64,000 nucleotides of DNA. Source: Chrysomallon squamiferum (Eukaryota > Animalia > Mollusca). The position numbers and the translations under genes are program-made. The DNA lies in the NCBI GenBank assembly GCA_012295275.1, contig CM022672.1:33356001-33420000 (forward strand), in the 5' to 3' direction. The notes under the pieces are model-generated. The model did not search any database, was not told where the DNA came from, and was given only the letters and a program-made list of their open reading frames with translations. Positions 45,231-59,950 of this stretch are shown here, piece after piece (the stretch's first letter is position 1; the number at the start of each line of letters is the position of its first letter).

Positions 45231-46032
45231 TCAAGCGTCACGTGACGTATCGTCAGCCTTCACCAGCAGAGCTTTGCAACCGTCTGCTTTGACGATGCAT
45301 CCGTTTGGAGGTTGAATTACTCCCGCACTGATACCATATCTGTGTACAACGACAATAACAACAACAACAACAACAACAACAACAATAATAATAATAATAA
45401 TAATAATAACAATAATGATGATGATAGTCATAATAGTAGTAGTAGTAGCAGAAGTAGTAGTAGTAATGGTGATGGCAGTAGTGTTAGTAATATGTACGCA
45501 CACACACACACACGGGTTTTGCAGTTATGAAAATTGAAAAGTAGCTTCACTTTCAACTGGTTTATATATATATAAAAAAAAAAAAAAAATGTTTTAGGGG
45601 TCACGTTTCATGTGAAGACCATAACGAATGGAGGCTGGTTTTTTGTGTGTTTTTTTCCAGAAGGTGTTGCCATCTGATAGAGGGAGTGTCATTATGATAG
45701 GACTGGTCCTGTTTATCTTCGAGGTCATAGTAAATACATAATATTATAATAATAATAAAACTGAATAATAATAATAATAATAATGATAAGAATCATCATC
45801 ATGAACATCATCATCGTCATCATCATAATCTTCGTTATCTTGATCATCATTTGTTTTTAGAAATTTAAAATGATTTTATTTGTTTGACCAATACAGGACA
45901 GTACATACCCGCAACATGAAAGTCCCTGATATGAACAGTGACACTCTATACATTGATTCTCGAATTTAACAGAATCTCCCGGTGACATCACAACACCGTC
46001 AAACTGGCAGTACGGTTTCATATGTCCGTCAC
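45231..46032 (-). pseudogene. MSMB-like subtype B copy without exon 1; exons 46032-45909 and 45339-45231
   Basis: DGHMKPYCQFDGVVMSPGDSVKFENQCIECHCSYQGLSCCG|YGISAG...TSRDA*. A 1-bp deletion removes the tenth Cys, and intron 1 homology breaks at ~46280. Confidence 0.82.
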
Positions 46033-47763
46033 CTACAACAACAGCAATAATTTAGTAAATGTCCAGTTTAACTACACTCTCATATTATGATAATGTGACT
46101 GAAATTATGTTAATCTTTGCTCCCTAAGCACATATTTAATCTTTTTTCTTTCTTATCGCGTCCTAGATACAAGCGACGGCATTTGTGTGTGTGTGTTGTA
46201 CGTGTTTGTCGCTGAGGGATATATAGATATATATCTTTTACTATTCACATACACAGATATATATATATATATATATAAATTGACCATCATCATCGTCATC
46301 GACAGTTTTATTTTGATAAGTCAGCTGTTATTGCTACCGGTGTTAAGAACGATTCATATTAGCTGTCGAGTTATCCAGGTACTAATGTATAACTGAAATT
46401 AAATATACTGTGTTTATTTATTTGTTTCTTTGTTAGATCATTATTTCTTATTTATTTATTTATTTATTCATTCTTTCTTCTTTTTTTCTGTAACTTTTTT
46501 TACAAATTTAGTTAATACTAAACATGAAAAAATGAATACAAATAATAAATAATAAAAAAATAAACAGTAATAATAACGTTTCTCATTTTTCTTCTCTTTA
46601 TTTTTATTTTTCTGTTTAATTTTTAATTCTGTATTTGTATTTTGCTACCATATTTATTTATTTTTTACTTTTTTGGATATTTTTTAGTAATAAAATGACA
46701 TCTGTTACTGAATGTCTATTTTTGAATAGTATTTCGTTTCTTTACGTAGTATTTATATTATTATTTTTATTTAACGAACCATGACTCATAAACAAATACA
46801 GTACATACATGTACACCGTATGGAGACTGAAATATCGATTTATATACACTTACACACGACAGAAAGAAAGAAAAGAGAAAAAAGTTAAAAGAACGAACGA
46901 AGGAAAGAACAACAAAAAAAAGACTGATACTCAGACAGACACACATACAGAAATATAGAGATTATAGACAGGTAGTTAGTTATGGAGGCGGCTAGACAGA
47001 AAGAAAAAAGAAAGGCAGATAGAGAAGCTGACAGAAATCGCACGGACAGATGGAAATGTGTCTTTATAAGACATATAGATTGCTATAGAGACACATCACT
47101 CGTGCAGGAACTCGTGATGGGATGATAAATCGTTATACAACTAACCATTCAACAAAAGCCGATGGGTGATAGAATGAACAAACTATATATACTTGATATG
47201 ACTCTGTGTGTGTGTATGTCTATGTGTTTGTCTGTCGGTGTGTGTATGTATACTTGAGATGACTGTGTGAGTGTGTGTGTGTGTGATTGTGTGTGTGTGT
47301 GTTTGTGTCTCGGTATGTGTATGAATTGTGGATAAAAACACATGTCAAACAAGCACATAAACGTAAAGATGCACATATAAGAATTCAAATATAACACAAA
47401 CCCATACGTTATACACATTCTAAATTAACATATACACACGGACATAGAGAAATCCAGAAACGGACACTAAATTAGAAATATACTGTAATTAATATATTAC
47501 AAGATATCCTAGCACAAAGCAAGAAAAAAAAAGAGAAATAAGAATAATAATAATCCTCTGTTGATTGTTTTTGTTATTCAGTCAGCGGTGTTTGTTTTCT
47601 TTTAATTAATCATTTCACAATGAAATATGCTATTTTTCTTTGTTTCGTATTACTAAAAAAAGCAAAAAAAACCCCAACAAAACAACAATTATCTACAATA
47701 AATGCTTCACAAAATCCGCAACAGCAGTTCAGGAATAGAAAGGTCAGAGTAAGATCTGAAGAA

Positions 47764-48095
47764 ATGTTGCTTTTCATTCTGCTATGTGTTTTAGATTTTC
47801 TTACAAGTACGGATTCAAGCTGTGTCGATTACACACCTCAAACATCCAGTAAGTAGAACATGATAATTTATATTACTGCAGTTTTTGGAAAATAGGTTCG
47901 ATAAGTTGCTGATGCTGTTCCATTATTACTACGACTACTACTACTTATACCACTGCAACTATCACCACTGCATCGATACCTACTACTACTACCACTACGG
48001 CTACTATTATCCACTACTAGTAAATTGCTACTTCCAATACTTCTAAACATAGATTAATGTTATAATAATAATTGTTATTCTTGTTGCTGCCGATG

Positions 48096-48163
<68 letters not shown>

Positions 48164-48987
48164 TATTATCACCCAAGTTACTACTACTGCTGGTACTACT
48201 ATGTCTCCTTTTTTATATGACTGCTACTACTACAGCTACTGCAATGTTCATCTACTTACTATTACTACTACTACTGCTGCTACTATCTTCATCATCAACA
48301 ACATAATTTTCGTCAGTATGATCATGTTCATTTTAATAATGGCGGAATAAACAGTGCATATTTATATTATTTTATGTACAGGTTCTGTGGGTAAACACTG
48401 TAAAGATAAAGATGGTAGACAATCAGACGTTGGCGACACGTATAAAGTAGTGCACATGCACTGGTTTTGGCCTCTCATGTTGCGGGTTATTACTATTTCT
48501 TGCTCTTCTGTTTTGTTTGTTTGTTTTTTTGGTTCTTGCTCTTTTTTTCTTATTCGTTTTCTTCTTATACTTCTTTCATTGTTTCTTCATCTTCTTTTTC
48601 TACTTCTTCTAATACCATGTGCTCTGTTATTATAATCATTATCCACGTAGAATGAGTGCATGCATATGTATGCATGTGTATGCGTATATGTATATGTAGA
48701 TGTATGTGTATATATTCACACACACATACATATTTATGTATGTACATATGTATTTATGTATATAAATGTACATATGTGTATGAATTTATGTCTGTTTGTG
48801 TTTTTGTGTGTGTATCAAACCAGTTGAAAGTAAAACTACTTTTCAATTTTCATAACTGCAAAACCCGTGTGTGTGTGTGTGTCTGTGTGTGTGTGCGCGT
48901 ACATATTACTAACACTACTGCAATCACCATTATTACTACTAATTCTGCTACTACTACTACTATTATCACCATCATCATCATTATTGA

Positions 48988-49039
<52 letters not shown>

Positions 49040-49217
49040 TATTGTTGTTGTTGTTGTTGTTGTTGTTCTTGTTATTGTCGTTGTACACTGATATGGTATC
49101 AGTGCGGGAGCAATTCAACCTCCAGACGGATGCATCGTCAAAGCAGACGGTTGCACACCTCTGCTGGTGAAGGCTGACGATACGTCACGTGACTGCTTGA
49201 CAGGAGAGTTACTATGA
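47764..49217 (+). pseudogene. Chimeric MSMB-like copy (exons 1A' 47764-47848, 2A 48382-48485, 3B 49091-49217)
   Basis: Exon 1 is intact (…SSCVDYTPQTS). Exon 2 has a 17-bp frameshifting deletion, and the exon 3 acceptor is AG>TG. Intron 2 switches from A-type to B-type sequence at ~48815. Confidence 0.85.
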
Positions 49218-50196
49218 AAGTGAAAGAACTTTTGCGTAACTGTAAAACGAAAGTAAAACTGAAATAAAATATTTTGCTAGCTGAATTTTTCTAACTCATG
49301 TAGTCATTTTGTTCACGCTTATTAATATTCAGTCGGGGTATATGTTTGATCATAGAATTTATTATTTGTTTTATATTTGTTTATGTCAAGCCAGGATGAT
49401 TCGACCATATCATTCAGAGAGGACTATGTCAATGAAACTTTGAAAATAACAGCCTTTTCATAATCATTTATTTATTGCCAGTGTGTTCCAACAAAGATAT
49501 ATATTTTTAATAATGCAAATTTCATGTTGTATATTCTAATCTTTTGTGTTATAAAAGAAATTATTTGCTAGTTTACAGTTATACTGTTCCTGTATCTGGA
49601 ATCTACTGTTGGTGTCTAACGGTTTGCTGTTTCTTATTTAGTGCTGTTAAATGATGTTTAAGACACACATACATATATTGAGAAACTGCGGGTGACATCT
49701 CCTCACCCTTCTGCTAGGGTGATAAATCCATCGTAACTAGATGAGATAGAAACAGGAATGAAATATTGTTCTGTATAGTATGATGACGATAGTATTATAC
49801 CATCATGAAATAGATTATTGACAATTTAATTTTAATTTTATTATTATTTTCTTGTTCCTTTTTTTCAATTTAGTTTTTATTTCATTTTAATTTATTTAAT
49901 TTTATTTTTTACTATTATTTCATTTTAATTTATTTAATTTTAATTTTTATTATTATTTCATTTTAATTTATTTAATTTTAATTTTTATTATTATTTCATT
50001 TTAATTTATTTAATTTTAATTTTTATTATTATTTCTTTTTGGTGACATAGTTTAAAATACTTAAAATCAATACAACATCTGCTGCACGGTGCTAACCCTA
50101 CTGTATAAGTGAAAGTGTTTATAAGAACAACAAATTCACACATAAAAATTTTGTTAAATTTGCCAGTCATACAATCGACTGGGTCTACAGAATGAC

Positions 50197-50333
<137 letters not shown>

Positions 50334-50664
50334 AATGATAATAATAGCATCCATAATCATTCCAACATCACTCCAGCTGCCCAGCTACGACAGCAACAAA
50401 AACAATAAATAAAACAATAATAATAATATCAAATAAATTTTAAATTTTAAATAAATAAAAAAATAATTTAAAAAAAAAGAAAACGAAAGATTAGATTTGA
50501 TCTAGCAATGCAAAAATTATGTTTAAAAAAATGATAATAATACAAAATAAAAAATAAAAATAAGATAAATAAGGTAAAATAAAAATTAAATTAAATCAAA
50601 TCAATAACACATATATAATAATTATGTTGCAACATGTATCTTTCCAGGTGTTTGTGAGTGTGTC

Positions 50665-50765
<101 letters not shown>

Positions 50766-51154
50766 AGTTTATTTTAATTTTTTTAAATTAATATATTTTG
50801 TGTGCTGTACTATAATTTACATCATACGTGTGTAAATCTTCTTATATATCAACTCTGGTTCGCTACCTGCTTAGCAAACATCTTTCTGTTACAGTTTATG
50901 GTAACTTAGGGTATCTTTTTCCAAGTTGACTAAGTTAGAAATGTCACATAGGTATAGAAGAACGTTTCTGTTCGTTCTTCTCAGTTTTGCTGATGTTCTC
51001 GTAACCTTGGATGCAGGCTGCTTGATAATGACAATTGTTACGTTCAGAACAGGTCAACTATTTTAATGATATTCGATTTAGTATATACGTGTATGTAAGT
51101 ATGTATGTATATATGTATTATGTATGTATCATCTATCTATCTATCCATCCATCC

Positions 51155-51232
<78 letters not shown>

Positions 51233-51980
51233 ATTATATTAATTAGTTTTGAAAAGTTCAGCGTTTTAGTGATAAGGATTTTTGCAACATCCAGGTAGAT
51301 CAAAATATAAAGTTAAATAAATTTAAAAACAAAAATGAAATGAAATGAAGCATAATAGCACATACCCACACAAGCACAAAACAAATATCACCTCTCTTTG
51401 CAATCTATCTTTATATATGCTGTTATTTATCTGTGTGTTTGATTGTCTGCTTTTCTGTCTGCCTGTCGTTTTCATATATTATCTGTATTCCTTATTAACA
51501 TCTAGACACTATAAAAATATTAGATACATGAAAAATTTTACGAGCATAGTTAAAAATAATAATAGTAGTAGTAGTAGTAGTATCATAATTATTATTACAG
51601 TAATAATGGTAATGATTATAACAATAACAGTAATAATAATAACAATAATAAATTAAAATATGTTTTTCATTGTAGAATAGGACTGTTAGGTTATGCTGGC
51701 CGGCGAATATGTTAAAACTAGATAATAAATATTTATACTGCTACTGCAGAGCCAACTTCCTATCTTGCTGTTGGTTGCCTTTCATTGATGTTTCATGAAA
51801 TCATTTCTGATATACAATATAAAGCTATTTTTCTTGTTGTTGCTGCTGCATACGATGATGATGACAATGATGACGATGATGGTTGCAGTTTCAAAACTAA
51901 CACAAAAGAAACAGATAAAGAAGGAAACAGGAGATAAACGTTATTTTTTGTTTTCAACCAACTGTTCGGATTCATCTATG

Positions 51981-52101
51981 CTAATTAAAGTTGCATTTTC
52001 GAGTGGTGTTGTTCTTATCCATTAACATCGGTTTGCAGTTGTCTCCCTTTTTCACGATACATCCTTCAGGAACGAAAATTGCAACACCGGCAACACCATA
52101 C
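51981..52101 (-). pseudogene. Orphan MSMB-like exon 3C
   Basis: YGVAGVAIFVPEGCIVKKGDNCKPMLMDKNNTTRKCNFN*. Homology to 60150-60279 ends at the exon's first base, so the acceptor is lost. Confidence 0.8.
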
Positions 52102-52822
52102 TTAATTACAAATAAAATACGTTTGTCTTCGTAAATTAATTAATATTTATATATATGCCAGGATGTAAGGAAACTTATATCTGTATTTTTATTTTTTAAG
52201 AGAATATCTAGTTAAAACAAAGGAATTTTATGAATGTGACATTAAAAACCTGGCTGACAGGTGCAAAGTGGACTCAGAGAAGAATGATGACTGTAACATA
52301 TATTTCATATTACCTGTTTTCAAAAGGGCAGAAACGATAAGGTTGAACGTTTACTAAAAGGTGCTGTTTGTATATGTTTACTGGTGTTAAAAGAAAGTGA
52401 ATCTACATTTGTTTATTATTGTTAAAAAAAAAAAAGAGAAACCAATGTTGATTGTATTTGTTTATTGTTATAAAGTAATGTTTGTATTTGTTTATTATTC
52501 GTAAAGGTTATCGGCTCGTTTTATTAACAATTTAGGCAATTTATATAAATGTATGTGTGTGTGCGTAGTAAAAGATATATATCTATATGTATGTGTGTGT
52601 GTATATATATACATATCCCTTAGCAACAAACACGTACAACACAGAGACAGTCAAACACACACACACACACATATGCTGTCACTTGTATCTAGGACAAGAT
52701 AAGAAAGAAAAAAGATTAAATATGTTCTTAGGGAGCAAAGATTAACATAGTTTCAGTCATATTATCATAATATGAGAGTGTAGTTAAATTGGACATTTAC
52801 TAAATTATTGCTATTGTTGTAG

Positions 52823-53330
52823 GTGACGGACATATTAAACCGTACTGCCAGTTTGACGGTGTTGTGATGTCACCGGGAGATTCTGTTAAATTCGAGAATA
52901 AATGTATAGAGTGTCACTGTTCATATCAGGGACTTTCATGTTGCGGGTATGTACTGTCCTGTATTGGTCAAACAAATAAAATCATTTTAAAGTTCTAAAA
53001 ACAAATGATGATCAAGATAACGAAGATTATGATGATGACGATTATGATGGTCATGATGATGATTCTTATCATTATTATTATTATTATTATTATTCAGTTT
53101 TATTATTATTATAATATTATGTATTTACTATGACCTCGAAGATAAACAGGACCAGTCCCATCGTAATGAAACTCCCTCTATCAGATGGCAACACCTTCTT
53201 GAAAAAGACACACAAAAAACCCAGCCTCCATTCGTTATGGTCTTCATATGAAACGAGACTCCTAAAACTACTACTACTACTACTATTATCACCATCATCA
53301 TCATTATTGTTATTATTATAATTATTATTA

Positions 53331-53392
<62 letters not shown>

Positions 53393-53560
53393 GTTGTTGT
53401 TGTTGTTGTTCTTGTTATTGTCGTTGTACACAGATATGGTATCAGAGCGGGAGCAATTCAACCTCCAGACGGATGCATCGTCAAAGCAGACGGTTGCAAA
53501 CCTCTGCTGGTGAAGGCTGACGATACGTCACGTGACTGCTTCACAGGAGAGTTACTATGA
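52823..53560 (+). CDS. MSMB-like subtype B exons 2 and 3 (52823-52946, 53434-53560), open and spliceable but without their own exon 1
   Basis: DGHIKPYCQFDGVVMSPGDSVKFENKCIECHCSYQGLSCCG|YGIRAGAIQPPDGCIVKADGCKPLLVKADDTSRDCFTGELL* with intact AG/GT sites and a downstream AATAAA. Homology to gene 32117 starts at ~52120, within intron 1. May be a pseudogene. Confidence 0.6.
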
Positions 53561-53906
53561 AAGTGAAAGAACTTTTCCGTAACTGTAAAACGAAAGTAAA
53601 ATTGAAATAAAATATTTTGCTAGCTGAAATTTTCTAACTCATGTAGTCATTTTGTTCACGCTTATTAATATTCAGTCGGGGCGTATGTTTGATCATAGAA
53701 TTTTTTTTATATTCTTTTATTATGTCAAGCCGAAATGATTTGCTAGTTTACAGTTATACTGTTCCTGTATCTGGAATCTGCTGTTGGTGTCTAAAGGTTT
53801 GCTGTTCCTTATTTAGTGCTGATAAATGAAGTTTAAGACACACATACATATACTGAGAAACTGCAGGTGACATCTTCTCACCCTTCTGCATACAGAGATG
53901 TAGAGC

Positions 53907-53937
<31 letters not shown>

Positions 53938-53989
53938 TATATTTTTGTTTACTGTCATTTAAATTATAGGTGTGTGAATCTCTCCGGTT

Positions 53990-56900
53990 CGCTACCTTAG
54001 CAAACATCTTTCTGATACAGTTTATGGTAACTTACGGTATCTTTTTCGGAGTTGACTAAGTTAGAAATGTCACATAGGTATAGAAGAATGTTTCTGTTCG
54101 TTCTTCTCAGTTTGGACATTTAGAATGTGTATAACGTATGAGTTTGTGTCTGTGTTTCAATGATTATATGTGCATCTTTACGTATATGTGCTTGTTTGAC
54201 GTGTATTTTTATGCACAATCCATACACACACCGACAGACAAACACATAGACATACACACACACACAGTCATATCAAGTATATATACTTTGCTTATTCTAT
54301 CACCCATCGGTTTTTGTTGAATGGTTTGTTGTATAACGATTTATCATCCCATCACGAGTTCCTGCACGAGTGATCTGTCTCTATAGCAATCTATATGTCT
54401 TATATATACACATTTCCATCTGTCCGATTTCTGTCTGTTTCTCTATCTGCCTTTCTTTTTCCTTTCTGTCTATCTAGCTGCCTGCATAACTAACTACCTG
54501 TCTGTAATCTATATCTTTCTGTATGTGTGTCTGAGTATCAATCTTTTTTATTGTTCTTTCTTTCGTTCGTTCTTTTAACTTTTTTCGTTCTCTTTTCTTT
54601 CTTTCTGTCTCGAGTAAGTGTATATAAATCGATATTTCAGTCTGCATACTGTGTACATGTATGTACTGTATTTGTTTATGACTCAAAGTTCGGTAAATAA
54701 AAATAATAATATAAATACTACGTAAAGAAACGAAATACTATTTAAAAATAGACATTCAGTAACAGATGTCATTTTATGACTAAATACATCTAAATATAAA
54801 AAATAAATAAATAAATAAACACAAACACAGAAATAAAAATTAAACAGAAAAATAAAGAGAAGAAAACGAATAAATAAATAAATAAATAACAAATAATGAT
54901 CTAACAAAGAAACAAATAAATAAACACAGTATATTTAAATTCAGTTGTACATTAGTACCTGGATAACTCGACAGCTAATATGAATCGTTCTTAACACCGG
55001 TAGCAATAACAGCTGACTTATAAAAATAAAACTGTCGTGTCGCGATGTGTCACACGGCTGACAAATATTATATCAACAATGCGTGCACCATTTCTCGTTC
55101 AGGTGACAAATCATAATTTCTGCATGATTTCTCAACAAAATGTCTCAATACCACACGTACCTTTTTAAAAATGTTTTTAATCTCTTAATGCCTGCATGAC
55201 TTTGTGACAGACTGACAAATCGTGACGCTACAGTCGCCATTGTGATGCAAGGAAGCCAGCTGCTGTAGCAGTGTATTGCTACTCCTCTCACAGATTTCAT
55301 TCTGCTAAGGAAATAGTTCAAGTGTCAGTTGCAAGGGGCGATCTGCCATTTCTAAGATAATTGGCCATTTCATGAAAACGTTCGTATCTGCTGTCAGAAA
55401 AACTGCTGATGTTTATAGAGGCATTATTTCTTTTTATTGAAATATAGAGTTTGATAGGTTTTCTTCAACAACATCGTTATAGTAAATACTTTATTAACAT
55501 GGGTCGTGATAACCCACCAGGCCCCAGGGTAAGGGATCCTGTGGGTGATGATATCAAACAGCAAATCTACCTAGAAACAACACATATGTAAATCTTTTTT
55601 ATTATTACTCTCATAAATTTCATTTGAGGTGAATTAAACTAAAGGGTGAACTACATTTTCATCACACTGACCTCAGTCTAAAGCATACTGCGCCATTGAT
55701 TCAGTATCTGTGGTTTCAGTGTACTTCCAAGAGCCCTAAGCTAATGCTGAATCGTATTCCAGATGGAACCCATCAACACTGCCGCTGAATCGTATCGTTC
55801 ACTTCTGCCGTTCTTTATCTCTAGGCATTATTTTTATACCAGTTACCGCAGTCTCATTTCTCTTCAAGTAAAATAATAAATGATCTATGAATTATCTATC
55901 AGTTGTCTGTTCGTTTGAAATGCAGTGGGATCCATTGAGCAACCTGACCATGGGACACCATAGAAGCTCATCGTCTCCTACAGAAAATGGCTCATTGTTC
56001 CCCAACTTCTCATTCATTATGTTCGCCCAGTGTACCAGAGAACCATTTGGCTGAGCGACGAAAACTGCACTAAGAGGTGAAAAGAAATTTCTAACAAAAA
56101 ACACAACCCTTTACAGGATCTATAAAATATGTGTTTTCACCTCAATCGATCCTAGTTTCTATCATACGAGATCCCGCTGCAAAACGGTGATCAAAGCAAG
56201 GCTAAAGTTTCAAGTTCTCTCCGTGACCTCCGTGACCATCAAACGGAACCGCTGTCTTCTGCAACCGCCCGCTTCCCGCTTCTCCCTCCATACCCAGAAC
56301 CAGAGCCTACACTCAAACACTCAAAGAGAATTGACTCCAGGTGAGAAATTTCCAGGTGAGAAAGAAAGTTTATTATCAATTAGCAACGCCCTATTCATTC
56401 TAGTTCATTTCAAAGTTATTGCTGAATTTCTGTTGTGTTTCTGTCTAGCAATAGCAGTGCAGTCGTCGGTATAGAATAATAATTTATCCTGGACATCTAA
56501 TGGGATATCGTTCACATTAGATGAAAAAGAATATGCGACCCATGGTGGAAGTAACGTCACCAATTTCTTCCACATCATGTCACTCACGTAAGTAGGATCG
56601 AAACCAGTTTAGTCTGAATTATTGAGTCTAGAGCTTCTATTATCTGGATCAAAACGCCATGTTCAACCATATCAGAGGCCTGTTACATACCTACATAATT
56701 TCCTTTGTTTTGTCCTAGCTTTCTGTCCTATCATTAATTTTTCCAAAATGGTCTCAGTCAAAAAAGAACGATTGAAAATAGACGATGTTAAGAATCAAAA
56801 TACATTTTAACAAAATAAACAAACATTTTTTTTCTCTATATTTATTTATTACTTAGCACACATTATTATCGATATAATTTACAGTGAAGATAAATAATTA

Positions 56901-57604
56901 AAGTAGTAAAACGAACAATACAAAGAAAAAGAAAAGTAAGTATAATATAATTTTTCTAAATTAAATATTTTAACGACAGTGACAATAAAAGTAAAAATTT
57001 AAATTAGCTTAAATGTTTTCTAATCGATTAGCTACGTTAGTTACGACCTAGTTAGTTACTCATAATCATCGTTATTCAATTTGCAATAACATATTTATTT
57101 TTATTATATATCGAACATCGATGAAAAAATAAAATATTTTGTTATTGACAGAAGGGAAGTAACTCTAGATAATAAGTAGTTCAAGGAAGCAGACGACTAC
57201 AATAAGTAAATAAGTCAATGATTTATATAAACAAAAAATCATAACGTTTAAAAAATAAAAAACAAAAAATTATATAAAAAGTTATATATATATATATATG
57301 ATATCGAACTCAAGTAAAAATAAAACATACTGTAAGAATAAGATCTTCGTTAGTAAAGGAGGGGAAGTAACTCTAGTTTATAAGTAGGTGATCGAAGCAG
57401 ACGATAAAAAAGTAAATACGAGATGATCAGAAACATGAAAAACTATTTTACGATAACCCCGTACTCGGTCGCACCATCCAACTGTATTTTAAACTGTCTA
57501 TACGAGGTAAGTTTTGACAACTGTTCTATTTAATAAATTCTTTTCTTTTCCTTTCTTTTTTTCTTTTTTTCTTAATGTTACTTAATATGAATATGTTTAT
57601 GATA

Positions 57605-57647
<43 letters not shown>

Positions 57648-57671
57648 GTATTATTATTATTATTATTGTTA

Positions 57672-57763
<92 letters not shown>

Positions 57764-58150
57764 CCTATTCTCATAATATACACATGTGAAAATTTTCTTT
57801 TTACAATCTTAAACAAGATTCTCCTGAAGCACGTGGTAATGTGGTATTATTATATGAATAGTTTACAATAGTCTTTTGTCTTAGAAAATATTTGTTAGAG
57901 TCATCAGTGTTCTAACTTTTTATATGTTCAGAGATATAGAAAAGAAATCATTTCTTTTTCTGCAGATTAAATATTAATTCAAATATTAACAAAAACAATT
58001 TATAGCCAAGATACTTCCTCTTCATATGATCCAATACATTTTCTGTATTAGGATATGAAATTAAGTGATTAAATATAATCGAGCATATTGGTTTATTAAC
58101 CACTGCTTGATTTAACCAAGCCAATTTTGTAGTCTACTGACCCATCAGAC

Positions 58151-58181
<31 letters not shown>

Positions 58182-59062
58182 TTGTCTGTCGGTGTGTGTA
58201 TGTATTCTTGAGATGACTGTGTGAGTGTGTGTCTGTGTGTTGGTGTGTGTGTGTGATTGTGTGTTTGTGTTTGTGTGTCGGTATGTGTATGGATTGTGTA
58301 TAAAAACACACATCAAACAAGCACATAAACGTAAAGATGCACATATAAGAATTCAAATATAACACAAACCCATACGTTATACACATTCTATATTAACATA
58401 TTCACACGGACATAGAGAAATCCAGAAACGGACATTAAATTAGAAATATACTGTAATTAATGTACTACAAGATATCCTAGCACAAAGCAAGAAAAAAAAA
58501 GAGAAATAAGAATAATAATAATCCTCTGTTGATTGTTTTTGTTATTCAGTCAGCGGTGTTTGTTTTCTTTTAATTAAGCATTTCACAAAGAAATATGCTA
58601 TTTTTCTTTGTTTCGTATTACTAAAAAAAGCAAAAAAAACCCAACAAAACAACAATTATCTACAATAAATGCTTCACAAAATCCGCATCAGCAGTTCAGG
58701 AATAGAAAGGTCAGAGTAAGATCTGAAGAAATGTTGCTTTTCATTCTGCTATGTGTTTTAAATTCTCTTACAAGTACGGATTCAAGCTGTTTACTTTACA
58801 GCCCTAAACCATTCGTTAAGTAGAACATGATAATTTATATTACTGCAGGTTTTGGAAAATAGGTTCGATAAGTTGCTGATGCTGTTCCATTATTACTACG
58901 ACCACTACTACTTATACCACTGCAACTATCACCACTGCATCGATAACTACTACTACTACCACTACGGCTACTATTATCCACTACTAGTAAATTGCTACTT
59001 CCAATACTTCTAAACATAGATTAATGTTATAATAATAATTGTTATTGTTGTTGCTGCCGATG

Positions 59063-59102
<40 letters not shown>

Positions 59103-59950
59103 TATTATCACCCAAGTTACTACTACTGCTGGTACTACTATGTCTCCTTTTTTACATGACTGCTACTACTACAGCTACTGCAATGTTCATCTACTTCCTA
59201 TTAATAGTACTACTGCTACTACTATTTTCATCTACTTACTATTAATACTACTACTGTTACTACTAACTTCATCACTAACATCATAATTATCATGATCATT
59301 ATCATTATTACTACTACCACTCCTACTACCTCTATAAAACGTCATCATCAACAACATCATTTTTGTCAGTATGATCATGTTAATTTTAATAATGGCGGAA
59401 TAAACAGTGCATATTTATATGATTTTATATACAGGTTCTGTGGGTAAACACTGTAAAGATAAAGATGGTAGACAATCAGACGTTGGCGACACGTATAAAG
59501 TAGAGGAGAAGTGTACAAAGTGCACATGCACTGGTTTTGGCCTCTCATGTTGCGGGTTATTACTATTTCTTGCTCTTCTTCTGTTGTTGTTTTTTTTTTT
59601 TTTTCTGACTCTTTTTTTCTTATTCGTTTTCTTCTTATGCTTCTTCCATTGCTTCTTCTTCTTCTTTTTCTACTTCTTCTAATACCATGTGCTCTGTTAT
59701 TATTATCATTATCCACGTAGAATGAGTGCATGCATATGTATACATGTGTATGCGTATATGTAGATGTATGTGTATATATTCACACACACATACATATTTT
59801 TGTATGTACGTATGTATTTATTTATCTAAATGTACATATGTGTATGAATTTATGTGTGTTTGTGTCTGTGTGTGTGTATCAATATATATATATATATTGA
59901 TGCATACATACCTAAATACCTACATACATATAATATATAGACACACATAT
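53990..59950. repeat. Inverted duplicate of ~37050-43760; 52120-55100 is also a direct duplicate of ~32290-35530
   Basis: Colinear high-identity matches, including the LINE fragment, microsatellites and type-A exons. Confidence 0.82.
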
